Shown piece after piece: positions 56,317 through 64,000 of a DNA stretch of 64,000 nucleotides; position 1 is the first letter of the stretch, and every line of letters begins with the position of its first letter. Position numbers and translations under genes: made by a program. Origin of the DNA: Alphaproteobacteria bacterium (GTDB lineage: Bacteria; Pseudomonadota; Alphaproteobacteria; CALKHQ01); contig CBDDFZ010000002.1 in assembly GCA_965227515.1 (NCBI GenBank), forward strand, positions 896,001-960,000. The letters run 5' to 3'. Below the pieces are notes generated by a model. It had not been told where the DNA came from, searched no databases, and saw only the letters and a program-made list of their open reading frames with translations.

Positions 56317-59049
56317 CTATTCCCAGACGGAGAACCGGTCGGCGCGCCGCACGAACGCGGCCGAGAATGCGCGCAGCCGGGCCTTCAGCAGAATGCGCCG
56401 GCCATCCTCGGTGCGGGTGCTGACCAGGCCGACCGGCCCGACATTGCGCAGCCAGGCGCGCTCGAACATCTCCGCCGTCTTGCGGGTGCGGCCGAGCAGG
56501 GCCGGCACCGGGTGGTAGTCGACCCGCAGCAGGCGGGCGATGCGGGATTCCCGGGCGATGATGTAGCGCGGGGCCTCGATGGGGCCCAGCAACTCCTGGG
56601 TGCTGTCCAGGATCAGGCGGTTGTCAGTCGGGGTGCCGCCGTGCACCGAGCAATAGACCGCGCCGTCGCGCATCTTGGCGGCGTGATAGTCCAGGTCGTC
56701 CGGCGTCGTGCGCAGGTGACCGGCGGCGAACAGCGCCTCCGCCACCGTGCGCGTGACCTGTTGCAGGCTCTTCTCCAGCGACCCGGTCCGCAGGGTCAGC
56801 CGCACGATCTTGTAGATCTGGCTGCCGAACAACAGCCCGGTGGCGGCGAACACGACGATGGCGAACCAGGGCACGGCCTCCAGCGCGCTCTCAGGGTCGA
56901 AGTCGGTCAGGAAACCGGTCGCGAACTCCAGGATGCCCAGCATGCCGGCACCGACCGCGACGACCATGGACCGGATCGTCCGCTCCACATAGAAGCCGCG
57001 CGGCGCATACCGCGAGGCGATCCGCTCGCGCAGGGCGGGCCGGGCGTCGCGGGTGGCCATGGCCGACTGCCAGGCGCGCGCGGTGTCGTCACGGTCGGCG
57101 GCACGCCGCAGCATCGCTCGGTTGGTCTCGACGATACCGGCGGCAGACCATTTCGCGCCGCTGAGGCTCAGGCGCCCGAAGCCGTTCTCGATGATGAAGG
57201 GCTCGTCGGCCGTTGGCCCGACGAAGGCGCGGAACCGGCGCCTGAGCGCCTCCATCTCCACGCCCAGGTCGCCGCTGACCCGGTCGAACGGGTCGACGCC
57301 ATCCTCGTCGGGCGTGGTGATGCCCAGGGCGCGATGAAACTGCGCCTGCAGCGTGTCGCCGAACACGGTCGCCAGGTGCCAGATGCTGGCAACCTTGCCG
57401 GGGGCGGCCGGGTCGGTGCGGATGGCGCGCCCGCGCATCTGGTTGCTCAGCATGAAGCTGCGCACGCTGCTGGCCAGCACCAGCACATTCAGCGCCGGTG
57501 CGTCCCAGCCCTCGCCAAGCAGCGCGGTGGTGCCGACGATGAGGTTGATCCCGCCCGCCGCGAACACGGCCGTCACCAGCCTGACGACCTTGCCGCGATG
57601 GGCGGGCGCCAGATTGACCTCCAGATAGGCAGTGTCGCGCGGCAGCGGCGCTAGGCCGAGATCGCTTTCGTTGATGTCGAGCCGCAGTGCCTCGGCGCAC
57701 AGCGCGTCGCGGCAGGATGCGGGGACGATGACGGCCGAGCCGGTTAGCACACCGAGCTTGCAGTCGGTTTCCACCTGCAGGCGCAGGTGCTCGAAGATCG
57801 GGATGACGCCGAGCTTGACAGGACGTGTGGCGCTGGGCGGCGGGGCGTTGGCGCGCACATAGTCGGCCAGCACCACCATGCGCAGGTCCGGCCCACGGCT
57901 CTGGGCCTCGGCGCGCAGGATCTCGCCGATGCCGTCGAGCTTGTTGCCGCCCCGTTTCAGGGCCTCGCGATGCATGCGGGTGTCGGAGAAGGTGACCTTG
58001 TGGCGGCCGAGCGCATGCATGCGCCGCAGGTCGGACCGAATCGGCGCGAGGATGTCCTTGTCGATCTCGACGACCTTGCGGAACAGCAGGCCGTCCATCA
58101 GTGCCGCCAGCCAGTCCGGGTCGATGGTGGGCACGGCCTCGGTGCCGACGCCCAGGATGTCGATCAGCCGCTCGGATGGCGGGTAGCCGGCCCAGTTCAG
58201 GAACACGATGATGGCCGAGAACGTGCGCGGCTCGGCCAGTATCTGCTCGACCGATGCTTCCGGGTCCTCGAACCAGGGCTGCCGCCGCAGTGCATCCACC
58301 AGAGCGTCGTTGGACTTCAGGCGCTGGGCGAATGCCAGCGTCGCCGCGTTGAATTCGTCGACCTCAGCGCTTTCCGCGCTGCGCAGGGTGGAGAAATAGA
58401 CGTAGTCCTGGTGCGGGCACAGGTCGCCGCGCTTCACCAGCTCCGGCACCGAAATCTCGCTGTCGATGGACCCGCACAGGCTGGTGTAGCGCTGCCATTC
58501 GGCACGGTCGACGTCGTAGGGCGGCGTCGCGGTCAGGGCGACGATGTGCGGATCGTCCAGCCCGTCCTTGAGCGCGAACAGGGCCCGCCACCAGGCGCGG
58601 CGCAGATGATGCGCCTCGTCCAGCACCAGGGTGCGGATGCCGTGCGCGCGCAGGTGGGCGATCACGTCCCGGTCCGGCCCGGTGCCGGTCTCACCCTCTT
58701 CGGACGCTTCGTTGGCGAAGGCGGCGTAGAGTGCCTGATAGGTGACGCAGGTCAGTGCGCCGGGCGCCCAGATGTCGGTGGAGACCCAGGTCAGCGGGTC
58801 GTGGCCCTGTGGCAGGAACAGCTCCTCCAGCCGCTGGATCCACTGGTTGCGGATTGCGATGGTCGGCGCCACCACCAGGGTCGGCAGCCCGATGCGGCGC
58901 AGCACCTCCAGCCCCAGCACGGTCTTGCCCGACCCAGGTGCCGCGACCACGTGCAGCGTGCGGTCGTCCAGGTGGGTTTCCAGCTCCGCCAGCACGCGCG
59001 CCTGGTATTCGCGCCACGTAAGCTGAAACTGCATCTGGTTGAGGGACAT
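56317..59049 (-). CDS. SF2 DEAH helicase (ResIII-like) with C-terminal TM pair
   Basis: WREYQ, AAPGSGKT, DEAHH, LTATP, GEGWD, QMRGRAIR. Confidence 0.9.
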   Translation of the reverse strand: MSLNQMQFQLTWREYQARVLAELETHLDDRTLHVVAAPGSGKTVLGLEVLRRIGLPTLVVAPTIAIRNQWIQRLEELFLPQGHDPLTWVSTDIWAPGALTCVTYQALYAAFANEASEEGETGTGPDRDVIAHLRAHGIRTLVLDEAHHLRRAWWRALFALKDGLDDPHIVALTATPPYDVDRAEWQRYTSLCGSIDSEISVPELVKRGDLCPHQDYVYFSTLRSAESAEVDEFNAATLAFAQRLKSNDALVDALRRQPWFEDPEASVEQILAEPRTFSAIIVFLNWAGYPPSERLIDILGVGTEAVPTIDPDWLAALMDGLLFRKVVEIDKDILAPIRSDLRRMHALGRHKVTFSDTRMHREALKRGGNKLDGIGEILRAEAQSRGPDLRMVVLADYVRANAPPPSATRPVKLGVIPIFEHLRLQVETDCKLGVLTGSAVIVPASCRDALCAEALRLDINESDLGLAPLPRDTAYLEVNLAPAHRGKVVRLVTAVFAAGGINLIVGTTALLGEGWDAPALNVLVLASSVRSFMLSNQMRGRAIRTDPAAPGKVASIWHLATVFGDTLQAQFHRALGITTPDEDGVDPFDRVSGDLGVEMEALRRRFRAFVGPTADEPFIIENGFGRLSLSGAKWSAAGIVETNRAMLRRAADRDDTARAWQSAMATRDARPALRERIASRYAPRGFYVERTIRSMVVAVGAGMLGILEFATGFLTDFDPESALEAVPWFAIVVFAATGLLFGSQIYKIVRLTLRTGSLEKSLQQVTRTVAEALFAAGHLRTTPDDLDYHAAKMRDGAVYCSVHGGTPTDNRLILDSTQELLGPIEAPRYIIARESRIARLLRVDYHPVPALLGRTRKTAEMFERAWLRNVGPVGLVSTRTEDGRRILLKARLRAFSAAFVRRADRFSVWE

Positions 59050-59156
59050 GTGCCGTCTCGGCGAATCGGGGACGTCGATGCGCGCGGATCAGGTTGCCAC
59101 ACGAACCGTGTGCGGCGCCCCGGCGCGCATCTGCACATGATGGCAGTACGACTTTG

Positions 59157-60077
59157 TCAGAACATGAAAAAGCGGGCGATGGAGCGGTGCGGCTGCGCCC
59201 CGGCGACCGATTTCACGGCCTGCCACAACCGGGCCAGCCCCCGCCACGCCAGCGGCGACAGCAGGATGATGGCGACCCACCACGCCGGGCGAAGCTGCGG
59301 GCCGAGGTCCAGGTTCGCCGCCAGAATGCGGTTCGCCGGCAGCCCGGTCTGGGTGGCGTACCACAAATACTCGATGCCCGCGGTGGCCAGCCCGGCGACG
59401 ACAGCGACGACGACGATGCTGGTCGCGATGCCGCCCGGCAGCCGCATCAACGGCCGCACCCGGTGCAGCATCAGGCCGGCGAACAGCCCGGTCATCAGCA
59501 CCGGCTGGGTGACGTCGCTCTTCGATTGCAGGAAGAAGTGCAGCAGCCCCAGGACGGCGAGCGGATACACCGCCAGGTGCAGCCGCTTCCAGTTACGGCC
59601 CATGCGCCGGATCGCGCCGTCGAAGGACGTGGCCGCCTGGGCGCCGAAGCCGAGCAGGGCGACGAAGCCGATGGTCAGGTAGAAGCGGTTGACGATTTCG
59701 CTGACCACCAGCCCCAAATCGAGCGCCTGGTCGACCGCATAGAACACCAGATGGGCAAAGGCGTAGCAGAACACGGTGATGCCGAGCATGCGCCGGACCA
59801 CCGCCAGCTTCGGCCAGCCGACCAGCCGCTTCAGCGGTGTCAGCGTCAGCGTCGCCAGCAGGAAATAGATCGTCCATTCGCCGCTGAGGTGGATCGCCTG
59901 CTCCACCGGCTCGGCCAGCGGCCCGGTGGTCGCCAGCATGACCGCGATCCAGACCCCGGGACCGAGGACGCCCGCGAAGGCTACAAGGCGCAGCCAGTCG
60001 AACCGGCCGCGGCGATCACTCCACGGCAGGTGATGGCGCCAAGCCGGGGCGTTGGCCGTCTGTGTCGTGGTGCCGAT
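59157..60077 (-). CDS. msrQ: MsrQ/YedZ-like heme-binding ferric-reductase-type membrane protein (start uncertain)
   Basis: G.W....L..TL..TP, RRMLG, Y...H, TS, WKRLH..VY...LHF. Confidence 0.8.
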   Translation of the reverse strand: MGTTTQTANAPAWRHHLPWSDRRGRFDWLRLVAFAGVLGPGVWIAVMLATTGPLAEPVEQAIHLSGEWTIYFLLATLTLTPLKRLVGWPKLAVVRRMLGITVFCYAFAHLVFYAVDQALDLGLVVSEIVNRFYLTIGFVALLGFGAQAATSFDGAIRRMGRNWKRLHLAVYPLAVLGLLHFFLQSKSDVTQPVLMTGLFAGLMLHRVRPLMRLPGGIATSIVVVAVVAGLATAGIEYLWYATQTGLPANRILAANLDLGPQLRPAWWVAIILLSPLAWRGLARLWQAVKSVAGAQPHRSIARFFMF

Positions 60078-60230
60078 GGGGTGCGCCTTTCCGCAGCGGT
60101 GCCCGGAGGAGCGGGCATGAGGGGGAGTATATGCGGATTGGCCGCGCCGATTGCAGCGGCACGCGCATTCACCGCGCTTCACGATCGGGTATGATCCGGT
60201 GATCGAGGGATAAACCCCGGGGGCGACAGT

Positions 60231-60650
60231 ATGGATTGGGCAGGCGGCTGCCTGTGCGGGGCGATACGGTACCGCGCCGGCGCGGCGCCGGAATGGGCGA
60301 GCTACTGCCACTGCGGCATGTGCCGCAAGGCGTCGGGGGCGCCTTTCATGGGCTTCGTGCAGTTCCCGGAGGGCGCGCTGGCATGGACCGGGGCGGAGGC
60401 GGCGCGCTACCGGTCGTCGGAAACCGTCTTTCGCCGCTTCTGCGCCACCTGCGGCAGCCAGCTCACTTTCGAGGCCGACGGCATGGTGTTCGTGGCCCTG
60501 GGCAGCCTGGACGCGCCGGAACACGTGGAGGTGCAGCAGCACTGCTACACCAGGTTCCGGCTGCCGGGGATTGTGCTGGCCGATGGCTTGCCGCAGTTTC
60601 CGGGACCGTTCGGCGGCAAGGGCGGCCTGCCGATCGAGGAGGAAATCTGA
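60231..60650 (+). CDS. GFA (CENP-V) family protein
   Basis: GGCLCG, CHCGMCRK, RRFCATCGS. Confidence 0.9.
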   Translation: MDWAGGCLCGAIRYRAGAAPEWASYCHCGMCRKASGAPFMGFVQFPEGALAWTGAEAARYRSSETVFRRFCATCGSQLTFEADGMVFVALGSLDAPEHVEVQQHCYTRFRLPGIVLADGLPQFPGPFGGKGGLPIEEEI

Positions 60651-61841
60651 GTGAGCGAACTCGACGCAGCATGCGGCGCGGTGTTGCGGAAGGCGACGAC
60701 CGGCGACCGGCGGGTGCCGGGCGTCGTGGCGGCGGCGACCGACCGCGACCGCGACATCTATACCGGCGTGATGGGCGAACACCGCCTCGGCGGACCGGCA
60801 ATGACGGAGGACACGGTCTTTGCCCTGTTCTCCGCCACCAAGGCGGTTGGCGGCACCGCCGTGCTGCAATGCGTCGAGGAGGGCCTGCTCGACCTGGACG
60901 CGCCGGCCAAGACCTACGCGCCGGAGATCGGCGACCTTCAGGTGCTGACCGGCTTCGGCGCGGACGGCGCGCCGCAGACCAGGCCGCCGAAGACCGACAT
61001 CACCACCCGCCAGCTCATGCTGCACACCGCCGGCTTCGCCTATGATTCGTTCAACCGGACGTACCGCCGGCTGGCCGAGGACCATGGGCAGCCGAGCGTG
61101 ATCACCGGCACCAAGGCCGCGCTGACCGTACCGCTGCTGTTCGACCCCGACGAGCGCTGGGAATACGGCTGCAACATCGACTGGGCCTGTCAGGTGGTGG
61201 AGCGCATTCGCGGCCAACGCCTGGGTACGGTGCTGCGCGAGCGGCTGTTCGAGCCGCTGGGCATGTACAACACCGTCTTCAACCGGTCGCCGGAGATGAA
61301 GGCACGCACCGCCACCACCCATCTGCGCGGGCCGGACGGGACGCTGACACCGGACGACGACTTCGGCCCGGTCGACGACCCCGAGATCGACATGGCCGGT
61401 CACGGGCTGTTCGGCACCGTGGCCGACTACACCCGGTTCATCCGCATGTGGCTGAACGACGGCGCCGGCCCCAACGGGCGGGTGCTGAGGCCCGAGACGG
61501 TGGCGTTCGCGGTGACCAACGGCCTGCGCCCGCCGCAGCAGGTGAAGGCGCTGGACAATGCCCTGCCGGACCTGACCAACGTGGCGGAGTTCTTCCCCGG
61601 CCTGCCGAAGTCGTGGGGCTACACCTTCATGATCAACGACGCGCCGGCGCCGACCGGCCGGGCCGCCGGCAGCGTCGGCTGGGCTGGGCTGCTGAACTGC
61701 TATTTCTGGATCGACCGGCAGAACGGCGTCGGCGGCTTTTGGGCCACCCAGATCCTGCCGTTCTTCGACGACGTGTCGCTGCCGGCCTATCTGGACTTCG
61801 AGACCGCGGTCTATCAGGCGCTGCGGATCACCGGCTCATGA
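60651..61841 (+). CDS. Serine hydrolase, beta-lactamase-like esterase
   Basis: FSATK (SxxK), LMLHTAGF, WEYG, GWAGL.N. Confidence 0.9.
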   Translation: MSELDAACGAVLRKATTGDRRVPGVVAAATDRDRDIYTGVMGEHRLGGPAMTEDTVFALFSATKAVGGTAVLQCVEEGLLDLDAPAKTYAPEIGDLQVLTGFGADGAPQTRPPKTDITTRQLMLHTAGFAYDSFNRTYRRLAEDHGQPSVITGTKAALTVPLLFDPDERWEYGCNIDWACQVVERIRGQRLGTVLRERLFEPLGMYNTVFNRSPEMKARTATTHLRGPDGTLTPDDDFGPVDDPEIDMAGHGLFGTVADYTRFIRMWLNDGAGPNGRVLRPETVAFAVTNGLRPPQQVKALDNALPDLTNVAEFFPGLPKSWGYTFMINDAPAPTGRAAGSVGWAGLLNCYFWIDRQNGVGGFWATQILPFFDDVSLPAYLDFETAVYQALRITGS

Positions 61842-62281
61842 CGCACCGGGAAGTTGACCGACGCGGCGATGAAGCAGGCCTCGCTGGCCTTCGCGTGCAG
61901 GGCTTCCGCCTTGGCGGCGTCCGAGGCTGCCGTGATGGTGACCTCGGGCCGTAGCACGACCTCGGTAAAGCGGCCGCCGAACCCCTTCTGGGTCATCGTG
62001 CCGGCGGCGCGGTCGGCATAGGCCGTCACCTCCACGCCCTCCAGCGCGGCATAGGCCAGGTAGCTCAGCATGTGGCAGCTCGCCAGCGACACCAGCAGGC
62101 ATTCCTCCGGATTCAGCACCGCCGGATCGCCCTTGAACGATGGGTCGGCCGACATCGAGAACCCCGGCTTGCCGGCGATCTCCACCGCGTGGGTGCGCGA
62201 GTACGACTTGTAGTCGCGGGTGCCGCCGTCGGCGCCGCCGCTCCAGGTGAGGACGGCCTCATAGTGATGCTGCTTTTCCAT
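61814..62281 (-). CDS. OsmC family protein
   Basis: NPEE.L..SL.SCHML, CFIA.SV. Confidence 0.9.
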   Translation of the reverse strand: MEKQHHYEAVLTWSGGADGGTRDYKSYSRTHAVEIAGKPGFSMSADPSFKGDPAVLNPEECLLVSLASCHMLSYLAYAALEGVEVTAYADRAAGTMTQKGFGGRFTEVVLRPEVTITAASDAAKAEALHAKASEACFIAASVNFPVRHEPVIRSA

Positions 62282-62496
62282 CGGATGGTCCTTCGACAGT
62301 GTCGATTCCGGGGGTAGCACAGGCTTGGGCGGGGCGGTACCGCGATCACCCATTGTCACGCCGCCGGCTGCATTTTGGCCACATTGCCGGCGCGTGCCCG
62401 CCGTGGCATCGGCGCGACATTACCTTCCGGCTGACAACAGGTTGCCCGCTTCGGCTGAATAGTGGCGCACTGGACAGCAAAACGGGAGCGGCGCCT

Positions 62497-62964
62497 ATGT
62501 TGAAGTCCATTTCAAATATGCAGAAGACGTGTGTCCTGGTGTTGGCGGTGGCTGGCACGACGGCGGGGTGCGTGGCACCTCCGGCGGGCTCGGGCGAGTT
62601 CGCGGGCTTTCGCGATTCGTTTGGCGGCGGCCTGGGCGGTAACGAGTTGTACAGCTACATGGCCAATGGCTCGGTCTTCATCGACTGGTCGGACGGCTAT
62701 GCCGAGTGCGGCTATTTCGGCGGCGACGGCTGGTACGAGTACGACACCTTCCACGACAATTATGGATACTACTATTACGACAATTCCTACGGCGAGCCCT
62801 GGTCGGTCAACGGCAACCAGGTCTGTTTTTCCGACGACTGCTTCAACGCGTCGTGGCGTGGCAACGGCATTCACCTGACCAGCACATCGCAGGGCTACAC
62901 CGGGTATGCCGAGGTCTATGACGGGTCCGGGTACTACTACTACGACAGCTGCGGCATCGGCTGA
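62497..62964 (+). CDS. Tyr/Gly/Asp-rich lipoprotein
   Basis: Lipobox TAGC; GSVFIDWSDGYAECG; paralog of the next gene. Confidence 0.8.
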   Translation: MLKSISNMQKTCVLVLAVAGTTAGCVAPPAGSGEFAGFRDSFGGGLGGNELYSYMANGSVFIDWSDGYAECGYFGGDGWYEYDTFHDNYGYYYYDNSYGEPWSVNGNQVCFSDDCFNASWRGNGIHLTSTSQGYTGYAEVYDGSGYYYYDSCGIG

Positions 62965-63190
62965 CACCACGGCACTACCCTTCGCCGCGCGCGCATTGCG
63001 TGCGGCGATCCTCACCGTCGATCCGATGGCCGGACGGCGCGCCTGATGTGGCGCGAGGGGGCCGGCGTCGGATCGACGGACCAACTGTGCCAAACTGAAC
63101 CATGGTCCGCGCGGCGGTCGATTCGCGTGGGCGACGTCGCGCGCGCGATTTGCGGGTGGCGCGACTGTCATGGAAATGAGAGGGCCCCCG

Positions 63191-63655
63191 ATGAAAGCAA
63201 GGGTAAGCGTGCTCGCCATCGCATTGGCCGGCGTTGCGGCCGGTTGCGTGCCGGCAGGCGGTAGCGGCGGTGGTGGCGGTTTCGGTGGGGGTGGCGGTTT
63301 CGCCGGCAACCCGGACCAGATCGTCGGCCAGGAACTCGACCGGCTGCTCGCCGATGGCAGCGTCTTCATCGACTGGAACGACGGTTATGCCGAGTGCGGC
63401 TTCTTCGGGCGCGACGGCTGGTACGAGTACGACGCCTACTACCGCGAGCGCGGGGTCTACTACTACGACTATTCCGACGGCGAGAACTGGTATGTCCAGG
63501 GCGATCGGGTGTGCATCGGCTCCGATTGCTTCTATGCGGAATGGAGCAACGACTCGACGGTCTATTTCTCCAGCGTCAGCGGCGGATTTGCCGGATATGC
63601 GGAGATCATCGACGGACCCGGTTACTTCTACCAGGACGCTTGCGGCTTCGAGTGA
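63191..63655 (+). CDS. Tyr/Gly/Asp-rich lipoprotein (tandem paralog)
   Basis: Lipobox AAGC; GSVFIDWNDGYAECG. Confidence 0.8.
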   Translation: MKARVSVLAIALAGVAAGCVPAGGSGGGGGFGGGGGFAGNPDQIVGQELDRLLADGSVFIDWNDGYAECGFFGRDGWYEYDAYYRERGVYYYDYSDGENWYVQGDRVCIGSDCFYAEWSNDSTVYFSSVSGGFAGYAEIIDGPGYFYQDACGFE

Positions 63656-63726
63656 CGCCTGATATCGGCGGTGCCGGCCGGCAACGATCCGGGCCATAGA
63701 TCAATCGTGAGCCGAGCCTTCCAATC

Positions 63727-64000
63727 ATGACCATCCTTGTTACCGGCAGTGCCGGCCATCTGGGCGAGGCCTGCATGCGCGTGCTGCGCGACCGTGGCGA
63801 GGCGGTGGCGGGCCTGGACCTGCGCGCGTCCGCCTACACCGATCATGTCGGCGACATCGCCGACCCGGCCGTCGTCGCCCGCGCCATGCAAGGCGTCGAC
63901 GCGGTCATCCACACCGCCACCCTGCACAAGCCGCAGGTGGCGAGTCAGCCGCGCCAGGCGTTCGTCGATACGAACATCACCGGCACGCTCAACCTGTTGG
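63727..64000 (+). CDS. NAD-dependent epimerase/dehydratase, truncated by the window end
   Basis: Manual translation MTILVTGSAGHLG..GDIAD..DAVIHTATLHKP..TNITGTLNLL. Confidence 0.88.
   Translation, partial: MTILVTGSAGHLGEACMRVLRDRGEAVAGLDLRASAYTDHVGDIADPAVVARAMQGVDAVIHTATLHKPQVASQPRQAFVDTNITGTLNLL

Noticed and set aside
59157-61403. 748-aa ORF as an MsrQ fusion
   Set aside because: The N-terminal ~440 aa are the antisense shadow of the GFA and serine-hydrolase genes; only the last ~306 codons look like MsrQ.
60651-61841. Beta-lactam resistance gene
   Set aside because: Motifs fit family VIII esterase-type serine hydrolases; no signal peptide.

Overview
High-GC alphaproteobacterial (Rhodospirillales-like, by gene content) chromosomal segment. 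The backbone carries TCA genes (mdh-sucCD-sucAB without lpdA; sdhCDA at 46-49 kb separated from a divergent sdhB at 30 kb), asd, pdxY, a rimK cluster, mgtE, a Lon-family protease and many small secreted proteins and lipoproteins. The accessory elements are: (i) a complete IS110-family (IS1111-type) element inserted at a CT core inside a REP palindrome, whose downstream non-coding end visibly contains all four bridge-RNA guide segments; (ii) an AT-rich three-gene island right after sdhA (frameshifted membrane protein, SPPY-type SAM methyltransferase, fold-II PLP enzyme), a candidate undescribed modification or defence system; (iii) a fused restriction-modification gene split by a single in-frame TGA; (iv) a HigBA-like toxin-antitoxin pair, a decayed antitoxin and several families of intergenic palindromic repeats. 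All calls come from motif recognition by eye; no database searches were run.
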